64,000 nucleotides of DNA from Terriglobia bacterium (GTDB lineage: Bacteria > Acidobacteriota > Terriglobia > JAJPHL01 > JAPKYU01): NCBI GenBank assembly GCA_965206645.1, contig CBDBKE010000004.1, forward strand, positions 64,001 to 128,000, read 5' to 3'. Positions 41,602 through 52,581 of this stretch are shown here, in pieces. The position numbers and the translations under genes are program-made. The notes under the pieces were generated by a model. It made no database searches and had not been told where the DNA came from. It saw nothing but the letters and a program-made list of their open reading frames with translations. The first letter of the stretch is position 1. Every line of letters begins with the position of its first letter.

Positions 41602-41683
41602 AGGTATAATCGGGCTCGTCCCAAGCCCCTGTCGCCCCTCAATCGTGCCAGTGGGCGACCCCAGCGGGCCGGGGACGCAAACT

Positions 41684-42952
41684 CTACCCCGCCTTCTCCA
41701 TATAGTTTGACATATTTATCTGCTGAGATTCCACCATTTCCTTGGTCACCGTGAACTCGCGCACCTTCCGGTACGACGGCAGGTGGTACATGACCTCCAT
41801 CATCAGGTCTTCCAGGATCATCCGCAGGCCGCGGGCGCCGACGCGCCGGGTCTGGGCCACATCGGCGATGGCTTCCAGCGCCTCAGTGGTGAACTTGAGT
41901 CGCACGTTCTCATATTCGAATAGCTTCTGGTACTGGCGGACAATGGCGTTTTTGGGGCGGACCAGGATCTCCACCAGCGACTGCTTGTCCAGTTCCTGCA
42001 GCACGCCAATCACCGAGACGCGGCCAACGAACTCCGGGATCAGCCCATATTTGATCAGGTCCACCGGCTGCAACTGTTCCAGTAGCTCGATTTCTCGGCG
42101 CCCGCTGGCGGTGACCGCAGTCGGCCCCGCTTCGGCCCGGAATCCCATTGCCTTATTCCCCGTGCGGTGGGCGATAACTTTTTCCAAGCCGACGAACGCC
42201 CCGCCGGAAATGAACAGGATATTGGTCGTATCCACCTGGGTGAATTCCTGGTGCGGGTGCTTGCGGCCGCCCTGCGGCGGGACATTGGAGACCGTCCCTT
42301 CCAGGATCTTCAGCAGGGCCTGCTGCACCCCTTCGCCGGAGACGTCACGGGTGATCGAAGGATTCTCGTCCTTGCGGCAGATCTTGTCCACTTCGTCAAT
42401 GTAGATGATGCCCTGCTGCGCGCGGGCCACGTCGCCTTCGGCGTTCTGCAGCAGGCGGAGCAGGATGTTTTCCACGTCCTCGCCCACATAGCCGGCCTCG
42501 GTCAAGGTGGTGGCGTCGACGATGGCGAAGGGCACCTCGAGCAGGCGGGCCAGGGTCTGCGCCAGCAGGGTCTTGCCCGTACCGGTGGGGCCGATCAACA
42601 GGATGTTGGATTTGGTCAGCTCCACATCGCTGTGCCGCTGCCGCGCCAGCTGGATTCGCTTGTAGTGGTTGTAGACGGCGACGGCCAGTTTCTTTTTGGT
42701 CTTCTCCTGGCCGATCACGTACTGGTCCAGGAATTCCTTGACCTCCTCGGGCTTGGGGAGTTGCTGCAGCCGGCCCGCTGACGACTCGCCGTGGTCGTCC
42801 TCCAGAATCGAGTTGCAGACCGTCACGCATTCATCGCAAATGTAGGCCCGTGAGTAGTCGTTGGGCGAAGAAATGAGCTTACCCACCACGTCCTGGGTCT
42901 TGTGGCAGAACGAACATCTTAAGATTTCGTCTGATCCGCTGCGTTTGACCAC
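41684..42952 (-). CDS. clpX: ClpX ATPase
   Basis: CSFC zinc finger, [26 protein letters not shown]. Confidence 0.98.
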   Translation of the reverse strand: MVKRSGSDEILRCSFCHKTQDVVGKLISSPNDYSRAYICDECVTVCNSILEDDHGESSAGRLQQLPKPEEVKEFLDQYVIGQEKTKKKLAVAVYNHYKRIQLARQRHSDVELTKSNILLIGPTGTGKTLLAQTLARLLEVPFAIVDATTLTEAGYVGEDVENILLRLLQNAEGDVARAQQGIIYIDEVDKICRKDENPSITRDVSGEGVQQALLKILEGTVSNVPPQGGRKHPHQEFTQVDTTNILFISGGAFVGLEKVIAHRTGNKAMGFRAEAGPTAVTASGRREIELLEQLQPVDLIKYGLIPEFVGRVSVIGVLQELDKQSLVEILVRPKNAIVRQYQKLFEYENVRLKFTTEALEAIADVAQTRRVGARGLRMILEDLMMEVMYHLPSYRKVREFTVTKEMVESQQINMSNYMEKAG

Positions 42953-43203
42953 AGCCGCTCCTTTTGTCCCTCGCCGACCGCCTTCCAACTATACTATTGG
43001 CCCACTATACTACCGGCCTCGGAAATCCTACCAGAGGGTATAGCTCCTTTGCTCCCATTAGAGGACCAATCCAGAGGTGACGAACTTGGAACTCTCCTCT
43101 GCCGCCGGTTGCTTCATCGTCGCTTCATCGCTGCTTCATCTGGGAGGACCACCGTCTAGCCGGGAGGGCCATCCCGTTCCGACCCTGCCGGTGCTCCCAG
43201 AGC

Positions 43204-43818
43204 TTAGCGGTTCTTAAAGATGATTTCGTCAATCAGCCCGTAATCTTTAGCCTGCGAGGAGTTCATGATGAAGTCGCGGTCGACATCACGCTCGATCTTC
43301 TCCACTGCCTGGCCGGTGTGGAGGGCCAGCAGCTCGTTCATAATCTGGCGCCAGCGCAGGATTTCCCGCGCCTGGATGTCAATGTCGGTGGCCTGGCCCG
43401 ACAGCCCACCGGAAGGCTGGTGGATCAGAACGCGCGAGTTGGGCAGGACAAACCGCTTGCCCTTGGTGCCAGCTGCCAGCGTCAGAGCCGCCATCGAGGC
43501 AGCCTGGCCGATGCAGATGGTGCTCACGTCGGGCCGGATGAACTGCATCGTGTCGTAAATGGCCATTCCGGCCGTGATGGAACCGCCTGGGCTGTTGATA
43601 TAAAGAGAGATATCCCTTTCCGGATCATTAGCTTCCAGATACAGCAACTGGGCCGTGACCACGTTGGCGATGTTGTCGTCAATCGGGGTCCCAATAAAAA
43701 TGATGTTGTCTCGAAGCAGGCGGGAATAAATGTCGTAGGCGCGCTCTCCCCGGCTGGTCTGCTCTACGACCATGGGGATCAGTGCGGAGCGAAATTGTGG
43801 GAAGCGGAGCCGATTCAT
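43204..43818 (-). CDS. clpP: ClpP protease subunit
   Basis: [29 protein letters not shown]. Confidence 0.98.
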   Translation of the reverse strand: MNRLRFPQFRSALIPMVVEQTSRGERAYDIYSRLLRDNIIFIGTPIDDNIANVVTAQLLYLEANDPERDISLYINSPGGSITAGMAIYDTMQFIRPDVSTICIGQAASMAALTLAAGTKGKRFVLPNSRVLIHQPSGGLSGQATDIDIQAREILRWRQIMNELLALHTGQAVEKIERDVDRDFIMNSSQAKDYGLIDEIIFKNR

Positions 43819-45191
43819 TCAGTTTGGGGTCTTAGTTCCTCGCCGGCGTGCCCGGCAATTTTTCTGGCTTTCCGGTACAGCCAATCCAGAGTTTTATCGT
43901 TGCGCAGCCTACTCTTGATCTTATCCGCCACCTCCGGCCTTGTCAAGCGAGCGCGTGTCACCGCAGTCTTGCCGCCTCGCGCTGCCTGTTGTGCCAGGTT
44001 CTCAGTTTCCTGCCTCAGTTCTTCCTCGCTGACCTGGATCTCCTCCCGTTCCGCGATGCGCTCCAGCAGCAGCCCGGCCCGAACGTCTCGCCGCGCGCCC
44101 TCCAGGTGTGAGGAGCGGAGGTGCGCCCAATCCAGATTCAGGCGCGCCGGGTCCACGCCCTGCGCTGCCAGCTGGCGCACGGATCGCTCCAAGCGTGCCT
44201 GGACCTGTCTGTCCACCAGCAATTCGGGCACCGGGAAGTCGTGCCGCTCCACCAGCCGGTCAATCATCTGTTCCTTGGCCTGCTGATCGGCCCGCTGGCG
44301 TTCCTGCTCGAGCAGGTTTTGCCGGATGCTAGCCCGGACTTCCTCCAGGGTTGTGAAGCGGCCCAGATCACGGGCGAACTCATCGTTGAGTTCGGGAGTC
44401 TGTTTCTGTTTAACCGCATTCACTCGTGCGGTGTAGAGCACGGTACGGCCAGCCAGGCGCTGGTCGTTGAAATCTTCCGGGTAGCTGACCGGGAAGGAGC
44501 GCTCCTCGCCTGGCCGGGCGCCCCGAAGGTGCTCGCTGAAGGCCGGAAGCGTATCGGAGCCGCCGATTTCACACAGCGCCTCTTCCAGTTTTACCGGCCC
44601 GGCGCCCACAGGCTGGCCCCGGCTCGGCTCTTGACCCTCCAGGGGTTTTTCGGCCTGGGGCTTTTCGGCCTGGGGCTTTCCGGTCAGCGACATCACGGCA
44701 AAATCTCCGTCCTCGAGTGGACGATCCTCCACTGCGACAAAGACCGCCTGCTGTTCCTGCAACTGTTTGAGACTGGCCTCAACCTGCTCCTCCGAGACGG
44801 CCGGCTCCACAACTTCCACTTCCAGTTCGGTGTAGTCGCTCAGGTCAAAGGGAGGAATCACCTCGAATACGGCTTTGAACCGCAGGGGCTGTTGGGTCTC
44901 CGTCTCCAGGGAAACCTCTTCAATCTGCGGGGAAGCGACGGGCTCCAGGTTTTCTTCCTGCACCCGACGCCGGACGTACTCGGGAACCAGCGCGTGCAGC
45001 ACCTCCTCCCGGATTTCTTCGCGAAACCGCTGTTGGATCAGGGTCCGAGGAGCCTTCCCAGGCCGGAAGCCGGGCAAGCGGGCCCGGCGCTGCAGGTGAC
45101 GTGTGACCTTCTCGGCCTCCTGTTGCACCTCTTCGGCCGGTACCTCGATGACCAGTTCGCGCTTGCAGTTTGTCGTTTCGCTGTTGCTCAT
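43815..45191 (-). CDS. tig: Trigger factor
   Basis: PGFRPGKAP signature; located upstream of clpPX. Confidence 0.95.
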   Translation of the reverse strand: MSNSETTNCKRELVIEVPAEEVQQEAEKVTRHLQRRARLPGFRPGKAPRTLIQQRFREEIREEVLHALVPEYVRRRVQEENLEPVASPQIEEVSLETETQQPLRFKAVFEVIPPFDLSDYTELEVEVVEPAVSEEQVEASLKQLQEQQAVFVAVEDRPLEDGDFAVMSLTGKPQAEKPQAEKPLEGQEPSRGQPVGAGPVKLEEALCEIGGSDTLPAFSEHLRGARPGEERSFPVSYPEDFNDQRLAGRTVLYTARVNAVKQKQTPELNDEFARDLGRFTTLEEVRASIRQNLLEQERQRADQQAKEQMIDRLVERHDFPVPELLVDRQVQARLERSVRQLAAQGVDPARLNLDWAHLRSSHLEGARRDVRAGLLLERIAEREEIQVSEEELRQETENLAQQAARGGKTAVTRARLTRPEVADKIKSRLRNDKTLDWLYRKARKIAGHAGEELRPQTE

Positions 45192-45322
45192 GAAAAGAAA
45201 CTATGTCGCGCCGTCTGCCCACCAGGAGCCGCGAAGGATTCTCTCAGCGAGCGGAGCGGGGCTGGCTGAGCCTTCGCGTGCTTGAGCCAAGCGCTTGGGC
45301 CAAATGCTTCGACTGCCAATTC

Positions 45323-45351
45323 AATATAGCTGGGCCTGCTGCTTCAGTCAA
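45323..45351 (-). promoter_or_regulatory. Sigma70-type promoter for tig-clpP-clpX-lon
   Basis: TTGACT-17 bp-TATATT. Confidence 0.5.
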
Positions 45352-45372
45352 ATTCCCTGTTGGTGGACAGTT

Positions 45373-46071
45373 TCAGCGCTGCGACGAGTTGGCGGTGCGC
45401 TGGCGGACCAGGCGCAGAATGGTTTCGACCACCTCGTCCAGCGAGAGTGAAGAGGTGTCGAGGTAGACGGCATCGGCAGCCTGATGCAGGGGCGAAAGGG
45501 AGCGCTCGCGATCGCGCTGATCGCGAGCGCTGATTTCAGCCACAGTTTCCTCCAGGCGGTTTTGTTCGGCCAGACGCTTTTGCTCAGCAACGTTGGGTTC
45601 GGTTTGCAAAAGACGCCGCCGGCCCCGCACCTCCGGGGCGGCGTCCAGGAATATCTTCACCTCAGCGGCGGGGAACACCATCGTGCCGATGTCGCGGCCC
45701 TCCATGACAACGTTGCCCTGCTGGCCGAGCTTGCGCTGCTGCTCGACCAGCGCCTGCCGGACGCCTGCTACCGTGGAGACGACGGAGGCCGTCTGGGTTA
45801 CTTCGGGGGCGCGAACCGTCTCGGTGACGTCTTCCTCGCCCAGCAGCAGACGATTCCCTTCAGGCGAGGGGACAAAGCGGAACGAAGCTTGGCGGGCCAG
45901 TGCTGCCACGCCCCCCGGGTCAGCCGTGGAGACACGGCGGCGCAGCGCCAGCAGAGCCACGGCCCGGTACATGGCGCCAGTTTCGATGTACGGGAATCCG
46001 AGTCGCTCCGCCACCAACCGGGAGACAGTGCTTTTTCCCGCTCCGGCCGGCCCATCAATAGTAATCACCAT
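45373..46071 (-). CDS. cmk: Cytidylate kinase
   Basis: IDGPAGAGKST, TGAMYRAVA, EGRDIGT, RDQRD. Confidence 0.96.
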   Translation of the reverse strand: MVITIDGPAGAGKSTVSRLVAERLGFPYIETGAMYRAVALLALRRRVSTADPGGVAALARQASFRFVPSPEGNRLLLGEEDVTETVRAPEVTQTASVVSTVAGVRQALVEQQRKLGQQGNVVMEGRDIGTMVFPAAEVKIFLDAAPEVRGRRRLLQTEPNVAEQKRLAEQNRLEETVAEISARDQRDRERSLSPLHQAADAVYLDTSSLSLDEVVETILRLVRQRTANSSQR

Positions 46072-46219
46072 ACGGTAGGAAGCTATCGGGAGAAAAGTGA
46101 ATCCACAGATTGCGCAGATTTTCGCAGATTGTCATGTACAGACCCGCGGCGGAATCCCAATATCTGCAAAATCTGCGGATGCTTGCCGTTTCCCATTTTG
46201 AAGATCAGGATACGTCTCG

Positions 46220-48217
46220 CTACAGCCGGTGGAAGGCCTTCAGGATTTCGCGCAGCGAATATTTCAGCACCACCGGCCGGCCGTGCGGGCAACTCATTGG
46301 GGCTTCGGTGCGTGCCAGCGCGTCGAGCAGCCACTGCATCTTGGCTTGGTCCAGCGGCGTGTTGATCTTGATGGCGGCGTGGCAAGCGATGGAAGCGGCC
46401 ACTCGCCCGCGTGCATCCTCAAGCGGGCTCACGTGGGAGACCTCCTGCCCGTCCAGCAGATCGCACAGCATGACCTCAAGTTGCTGCGCGGGGATGCCCG
46501 CCGGCGCCGCTTTCACCGCCACCGTGCGCTGCCCGAACGGCTCGATCTCGAAGCCGTTGGCGTCCAGTTCCTTGCCGATCTGCTCCAGGGTGGCCTGCTG
46601 AGCGGGTGTGAGCTGTAGGACCAGGGGCATCAGCAACTGCTGGACCTGCCGGCGGCCGGCAGCCCGATCGCGAACCGTCTTCTCAAACAGCACTCGCTCG
46701 TGGGCTACGTGTTGGTCAACAATCCACAAGCCCTCATCGCTGGCGGCTACTATAAAGCTCTGCTGGAGCTGGCCCAGGGGGCGCAACCCGGCCAGCTCAT
46801 CGGTGGCCGTCGAGGGCGGCTCGGCTGACAGATCACGGAGCGAGGTGTCCAGCGCTGTTGCCGCCGGCTCCGTCTGGGGAGTTGCGATGACTCCAGAAAG
46901 AGCCGCGCCGGGACCGCTCCCTGAAGGTCGAGGCTCTGCTGTTGACGCCCGCACCTCGAAAGGCGTCACAGTGGCAAATGGGAGGCGGCGCGCCTCCGGC
47001 TCCGGCTGCGGTGCCGTCAGGTGGAAATCACCGGACGGGGCGGTGCCGGAGGGCTGGACAAAGGGGCCTGCCAGCACCGGCTGCGGTTCGAGCGCCGGTG
47101 GCGAACTCACTGGAAAGGTAGAGACGGGGCGCGTCTCGGTCAACCGTCGCCGCACTGAGTCGCGCACAAAATCGTGCACGAACCCGTGGTGGCGGAAGCG
47201 CACCTCGATCTTGGCAGGATGCACGTTGACGTCCACTTCGTCGAACGGGACCTCCAGGAACAGCAGCGCCAGGGGGAATGCCGCCGGCGGGATCAGGTTT
47301 CGGTATGCTTCGCTGAGCGCGCGCAGCAGCACTCGATCCCGGATCAGCCGGCGGTTGACGAAAATAAAGATGGAGTTGCGGTTGGCTTTCTGCACTTGCG
47401 GCCGGGAGACAAACCCGCTCAGGCGAAGCGTCTTAACGGTGCTTTGACGTTCTCGATCGGAGTCGGCTGCCGTCGGGTGTTCGGGAGTGAAACCCGGCAG
47501 CACCGAGGTAGGCGCGGGCAGCACCAGCTTGGTCTCGATCGTGCCCAGCTCAACCAATTGGTCCAGCATGTCGGCTCCAAAGACCTGAAACAGGCGTTCG
47601 CGCTGCGTCTGGACCGGCGTGACGTTCAACAGTTCGCCGCTGCTGGACGACAACGTAAGGTGCCGCTCGGGGTGGGCCAGAGCGTAGTGAGTCACCAGCG
47701 AGGCCACGTGCCCCAGTTCGGTGGCCTCTTTGCGAAGGAATTTGCGGCGGGCGGGGATGTTGTAAAAAAGGTCGCGGACGGTGATGCAGGTGCCCACCGG
47801 CAGGCCGGCGTCGCGCACGTCGCGCAGGCGCCCGCCGTGAACCTCCACGCGCGTTCCCGAGGGCTCCTCGGCTGGGCGGGTCTCCAGCACCAGCCGCGAG
47901 ACAGCGGCGATGGAGGGCAGCGCCTCGCCGCGGAAGCCCAGCGTGGCCACCGATAGCAGGTCATCGGCGGTGCGCAGCTTGCTGGTGGCGTGCCGCTCGA
48001 AGGCCAGCAGAGCGTCGTCGCGGAGCATCCCGCAGCCGTCGTCGGCCACCCGCACCAGCCTCCTGCCACCAGCCTCCACCTCGACGCGGACTCGGCTGGC
48101 ACCGGCATCCAGCGCGTTCTCCACCAGTTCCTTGACCGCCGACGCGGGGCGCTCCACCACTTCCCCTGCTGCGATCTTGTTGGCCACGCTGTCGGGAAGA
48201 ATGCGGATCTTGCCCAT
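46220..48217 (-). CDS. mutL: DNA mismatch repair endonuclease MutL
   Basis: IAAGEVVERP, GFRGEAL, DVNVHPAK, DQHVAHER, CPHGRP. Confidence 0.97.
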   Translation of the reverse strand: MGKIRILPDSVANKIAAGEVVERPASAVKELVENALDAGASRVRVEVEAGGRRLVRVADDGCGMLRDDALLAFERHATSKLRTADDLLSVATLGFRGEALPSIAAVSRLVLETRPAEEPSGTRVEVHGGRLRDVRDAGLPVGTCITVRDLFYNIPARRKFLRKEATELGHVASLVTHYALAHPERHLTLSSSSGELLNVTPVQTQRERLFQVFGADMLDQLVELGTIETKLVLPAPTSVLPGFTPEHPTAADSDRERQSTVKTLRLSGFVSRPQVQKANRNSIFIFVNRRLIRDRVLLRALSEAYRNLIPPAAFPLALLFLEVPFDEVDVNVHPAKIEVRFRHHGFVHDFVRDSVRRRLTETRPVSTFPVSSPPALEPQPVLAGPFVQPSGTAPSGDFHLTAPQPEPEARRLPFATVTPFEVRASTAEPRPSGSGPGAALSGVIATPQTEPAATALDTSLRDLSAEPPSTATDELAGLRPLGQLQQSFIVAASDEGLWIVDQHVAHERVLFEKTVRDRAAGRRQVQQLLMPLVLQLTPAQQATLEQIGKELDANGFEIEPFGQRTVAVKAAPAGIPAQQLEVMLCDLLDGQEVSHVSPLEDARGRVAASIACHAAIKINTPLDQAKMQWLLDALARTEAPMSCPHGRPVVLKYSLREILKAFHRL

Positions 48218-48407
48218 GCCTGTTCCCTATTTCACCATCAAGCTAGCGAGACACAAAGAATTTTTACCGGGCACCTCTGCATGTCATCCCGCTCATGTCA
48301 CCCCAAGCGAGCGAGGGACCCGCTTGGTCGTTCCTGCGGCCAGGGTTTTTGCAATTGAAAGCTTCCGCTGCATAGGAATAGACTACGCCCAACGGAGTCG
48401 CGGAAAC

Positions 48408-49530
48408 GTGCCACCACCTTTATCCGCCGTCGGAGCAATCTCCCCAGCTTTTGAGCAGACGCGTCGGCAGCTGTTCCAACCCTTTCGATTCGCTTTCTGG
48501 GCGCGCCTGGGTATGGTGTCCGTGGCGACCAGGGAGTTTGCTGGCGGTGGCTGGGGTGGTGGGGCGTAGCAGCAGCATCCCCATTCCCTCGCAGCAGGAG
48601 GAGGGCGGCGAGCTAGGCTTCGCACTGCTGGTGCCCCCCAATCCGGTCTGGCAGCGCATGCAGGAATATCTCCCCTGGATCCTGGCGGGAGTGGTGGCGT
48701 TGGTGATCTTGGGGCTCATCGCGGTTTATATTTCCTGCGTCTTCCGTTTCATCCTGCTTGATGCCGTACTCCGGGACCGCTGCGAGCTGGGCGAGGGCTG
48801 GCGCCGCTGGCAGCAGCAGGGAAGCAGCTTCTTTCTCTGGGTGATTGGCTTCGGCCTGGCGATGCTGGCCGGTTTGGCCCTGCTTGTCGGCGGGCCGATC
48901 TATCTGGCCTGGCAGGCGGGGGTCTTTCGCCAACCCAACGAGCATGTCGGCCTGCTGGTAGGCGGAGGCGTGGCGCTGTTCTTCTTGCTCTTGGCGTTCT
49001 TCCTGCTCGGGGCGCTGGTGGCTGTGTTCGCTAAGGACTTCGTTGTTCCCTTGATGGCCCTGGAGGAGCTGGGGGTGCTGGACGCTTGGCGGCGATTGCT
49101 TCCCATGCTGGGAGCCGAGAAGACAGCCTATGCAGGGTACGTGCTGATGAAGATCGTACTGGCGCTAGGCAGCAGCATGCTGTTCGGAATCGTCAACCTT
49201 TTCGTCTTGCTGGCGCTGTTCATTCCTTTGGGAATCGTCAGCGTTGTCCTCGTTCTGGCTGGGAAGGCGGCGGGACTCTCCTGGACCGTGTACACCGTCG
49301 GAGCGGCAATCGTGTTGTTTGCCGTCGCCCTGTCAGCCGTCATCTACGTCATCGCTTTCGTCTCCGCGCCGGCGATGTTCTTTTTTCAGTCATACAGGCT
49401 GCATTTCTTTGGCGCACGCTATCCTGCGCTGGGCGCCCTTCTGGCCCCTCCACCATCTCCACCATCGGCTCCACCATCGGCCCCTCCATCGCCCGCCCCA
49501 CCGGCGCCGACTCCGGCCCCGGCGTTCTGA
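48408..49530 (+). pseudogene. Multi-pass membrane protein with frameshift near 48560
   Basis: N-terminal frame (LSAVGAISPAFEQTRRQLFQPFRF...GGGA*) and the main hydrophobic ORF are in different frames. Confidence 0.6.
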
Positions 49531-49581
49531 AGGAACAGTTCCATGCATCGCATTAACTAATTGAAAATGATACGTTTATAT

Positions 49582-50625
49582 CTACAGGGAGCTGGCTTGC
49601 GGGCTAGAGGAGCCGTCGGCCACGACCACGGCTTGCTGAAGGGCCACGTCGCGGTGAAACTTGAGCATGGCCACCACCAAGCCCAGCAACACCGGACCGA
49701 GCACGAAGCCGATGACCCCAAACACGTAGATGCCGCCGATCACCCCCAGCAGCGCGACCAGAGGATGGAGTTGCGCGCGGCCGGCAATCAGCCGCGGCTT
49801 CAGCACGTTGTCAATATTCATGACCACCACGCCGCCGTAGATCAGCAGTCCAATCCCGCCGACCTTGTCCCCCACCGCCAGCCGCGAAATGGCCATCGGC
49901 ACCCAGACCGCGGTGGCGCCGACGACCGGAATCATGGCTGCCGTTGTGGTGACGAGGGTCCAGAGCAGGGCATGGGGAACGTGGAAAACTACGTAGCCGA
50001 TCCCGGCCAGCGAGCCCTGGACCAAAGCGGTGATGAACTGCCCGTAGATCACGGCGCCGAGGGTTTGCTTCAGGTTCAGCGTCAGCAGCGGCTTCACTGC
50101 ATCTTCCAGCGGCAGGATCAACAGGAAGTTCTGCCAGAACAGACGGCCATCCCGCAGCACGTAGTAGAGGGTGTAGAGCAGGACGAACAGTCCGAGGGCC
50201 GTGTTGCCAATGGCTCCGATGATGCTGGGAGCAGCGCGCAGGGTGGCATCGCGCACCCGCCCCATGTAAATGGTCAAGTTCTCGCTGAGAGGGATGTGGC
50301 GGCCCAGCATGGCGTCCAGCCATTGGTTTACTTTCTCCACCGCCTGGCTCAGGTCGGCTGAGCGGAGCGCGCCGGGAATCTCCTCGACCACCTGCATCAC
50401 GATCAAAAGTACGGGGAGCGCCACTACAAACAGCACCAGCAGCACCAGCAGGGCCGCTCGCAGGTCGGCAGAACGGAGGGCCCATGCCATACGGTCGTAC
50501 ACCGGCAACAGCAGGTAGCCCAGGATGATGGCGACCATCACCGGGATGAACAGCGGCAGCAGCATCGCGGCCGACAGAAGTCCCAGGGCACCCAAGAGGA
50601 TGTAGAAGGCGACCCGGCCTTTCAT
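49582..50625 (-). CDS. AI-2E family transporter
   Basis: Multi-TM; DNVLKPRL, HPLVALLGVIGG..FG..GFVLGP. Confidence 0.9.
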   Translation of the reverse strand: MKGRVAFYILLGALGLLSAAMLLPLFIPVMVAIILGYLLLPVYDRMAWALRSADLRAALLVLLVLFVVALPVLLIVMQVVEEIPGALRSADLSQAVEKVNQWLDAMLGRHIPLSENLTIYMGRVRDATLRAAPSIIGAIGNTALGLFVLLYTLYYVLRDGRLFWQNFLLILPLEDAVKPLLTLNLKQTLGAVIYGQFITALVQGSLAGIGYVVFHVPHALLWTLVTTTAAMIPVVGATAVWVPMAISRLAVGDKVGGIGLLIYGGVVVMNIDNVLKPRLIAGRAQLHPLVALLGVIGGIYVFGVIGFVLGPVLLGLVVAMLKFHRDVALQQAVVVADGSSSPQASSL

Positions 50626-50776
50626 AGCCGAAGTATACTTTGCCGCAGGCCGCTGAGAGCGGTCTTTCCTGAGTGAAGCGCTTCGCGATCCGTGCCGCCA
50701 GTGTCCGCCAACTCTGCTCCGGCCGGTGGGTGCTGCGAACAGCTTCTTACGGTTTTTCAGCCTGCGGTCAGGTATA

Positions 50777-51628
50777 ATGGCCCGGGTGAGTCAGGTGGCG
50801 CAGACGGAACTGGAGACCAAGGAACAGTCGCTTTTGGACAAGCAGCGGGCGCTTTTGGAATCGTTGCGGGCACTCCAGTCGACGATTGTGGCTTTTTCGG
50901 GTGGCACCGACTCCGCCTACCTGGCCTGGGCCGCCCGCCAGGCCGTGGGAGACAGCGCGCTGGCAGTGACTGCCGACAGCCCGAGCATGCCCCGCAGCCA
51001 CCTCCAGGATGCCGTGGAGTTCGCACAGCGCTTCGGCATCCGCCACGAAGTGATCGCCACCGAGGAGTTCGATAATCCCCTTTACGTGCGCAACGACCCC
51101 AACCGCTGCTTCCACTGCAAGGACGAGCTGTTCACTTGCCTGGGCGAAATCGCCGCCGAGCGCGGGTTTGCTTCTGTCTGCTACGGAATCAACAAGGACG
51201 ACACCGGCGACTTCCGGCCCGGCCACGGCGCGGCCCAAAAACACCGCGTGCTCTCACCGCTGCTGGACGCCGGACTCAGCAAGCCTGAGATCCGCGAGTT
51301 ATCGCAGCGCGCCGGACTTCCCACCTGGGATCGCCCCGCGTCAGCGTGCCTGTCCTCCCGCATCCCCTATGGCACGCCGGTGACTCGGGAAAACCTGAGC
51401 CGCGTGGAGGCCGGCGAAGAGGCGCTGCACGCGCTGGGATTCCGCCAGTGCCGCGTGCGGTTCCACGGTGAAATGGTGCGGCTGGAGATTGCCGAAGACG
51501 AGCTGCCACGCGCGCTCACCCCGGAAATGGCCCGCGAGTTCACCCGCATCTTCAAAGAACTGGGCTTTCAGTTCGTGACCCTGGACCTGGAAGGCTACCG
51601 CCAGGGCTCCCTCAACGTCCTGCGCTAA
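50777..51628 (+). CDS. larE: LarE-family ATP-dependent sulfur transferase
   Basis: AFSGGTDS PP-loop, RCFHCK, RPG, ACLSSRIPYG, GYRQGSLN. Confidence 0.9.
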   Translation: MARVSQVAQTELETKEQSLLDKQRALLESLRALQSTIVAFSGGTDSAYLAWAARQAVGDSALAVTADSPSMPRSHLQDAVEFAQRFGIRHEVIATEEFDNPLYVRNDPNRCFHCKDELFTCLGEIAAERGFASVCYGINKDDTGDFRPGHGAAQKHRVLSPLLDAGLSKPEIRELSQRAGLPTWDRPASACLSSRIPYGTPVTRENLSRVEAGEEALHALGFRQCRVRFHGEMVRLEIAEDELPRALTPEMAREFTRIFKELGFQFVTLDLEGYRQGSLNVLR

Positions 51629-51652
51629 CAATATCAAACGGACGCATACAAA

Positions 51653-51717
51653 CCGAGCCGCGAGCGTGAGCGAGCGGTCAATCACACCTGTCCGAGCCGC
51701 GAACGTGAGCGAGCGGT
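51653..51717 (+). repeat. Two tandem REP-like units downstream of the RAYT gene
   Basis: CCGAGCCGCGA(G/A)CGTGAGCGAGCGGT at 51653-51679 and 51692-51717. Confidence 0.8.
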
Positions 51718-51721
51718 GGCA

Positions 51722-52309
51722 TTATCTTGGAACATTGCTTTCCCACCTTTGCCCAAAACGCACTAGTCGGTCCTTGTCCTCAAATACCGCCATAGGCTCA
51801 CCCTGTTCGTGGACAACATATTGAATCGCCTGTTCGACTTCTTCACGTTTCCAAAGATATCGAGTGCTCGCGTGTCGCGCCCAACGTTTGCGTTCTGGAA
51901 TGTCGAGACCCGGCTGGTTTAAGCGGCGGCTCGCATAGGCCTTGAAATCCTTCACTACCCGTTCGGGGGACTCTGACGCCCGAACAACTGCGTGAACGTG
52001 GCTGGAACGCACGTGCGCAGCCAGAAGAAACCAACCTCTGTGTAGCGCGACGTCCCGAAAAGCCCGCATGACCCAGCTACGGCTGCGCTCATCAAGTTGA
52101 TAGGGCGCCTGCACCATGCGCTTCCTCTCCGCCTCTGCTAACCGGAGATTCGGTGGCAGGAAATCGGTCCCAGGTACATTGTGATGGCGATCAACCGAGC
52201 CGGATTCGTCCCCGTGCAGTTTCCCGCCGTAGCAAGCAGAAGTGAGAAGGTAGGCGAGAGGGACCGCTCGCTCACGCTCGCCGCTCTGATTCTTTCCTGG
52301 AGTGTTCAT
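51722..52309 (-). CDS. REP-associated tyrosine (Y1 HUH) transposase, RAYT / IS200-like
   Basis: AYLLT...YG..LHGD, HVH HUH motif, W.R, catalytic Y in IQYVVHEQ; flanked by REPs. Confidence 0.85.
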   Translation of the reverse strand: MNTPGKNQSGERERAVPLAYLLTSACYGGKLHGDESGSVDRHHNVPGTDFLPPNLRLAEAERKRMVQAPYQLDERSRSWVMRAFRDVALHRGWFLLAAHVRSSHVHAVVRASESPERVVKDFKAYASRRLNQPGLDIPERKRWARHASTRYLWKREEVEQAIQYVVHEQGEPMAVFEDKDRLVRFGQRWESNVPR

Positions 52310-52423
52310 TTGCCGGCCACGTTTCCCATGTTTGGATCAACGTAGCCTATTGTTTGCATTTTGTTTGCATTTCCACCGTCGGGGATGGGGCAACGTAGCG
52401 CCATATCCTGCAATTTATAGTCT

Positions 52424-52529
52424 AGTGTCGCGTCCCAGAAATTCGCCACAAAAGTTCATGACCACTCGCTCACGCTCGTGGCTCGGAAACGCGTTGAAAT
52501 TACAGAGCCGCGCGCGTCAGCAAGCGGTC
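52424..52529 (+). repeat. 106-bp REPIN/MITE-like element, copy 1 (two inverted REPs)
   Basis: REPs at 52460-52486 and 52503-52529 in inverted orientation; reverse complement found at 62877-62982. Confidence 0.85.
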
Positions 52530-52581
52530 TCACGCGCACACAAACAGAGGTTGTGGAGCAGCTTGCTCTGTACACGCGGAG

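Noticed and set aside
43110-43140. GCTTCATC x3 between clpP and clpX
   Set aside because: Short single-locus repeat; cannot be assigned a function from sequence
44640-44681. 15-bp tandem repeat in tig (KPQAE units)
   Set aside because: In-frame expansion in a variable loop; no sign of phase variation
37695-45269. Long plus-strand ORFs opposite rho, lon, clpX and tig
   Set aside because: Antisense shadow ORFs typical of high-GC coding DNA; no recognisable motifs
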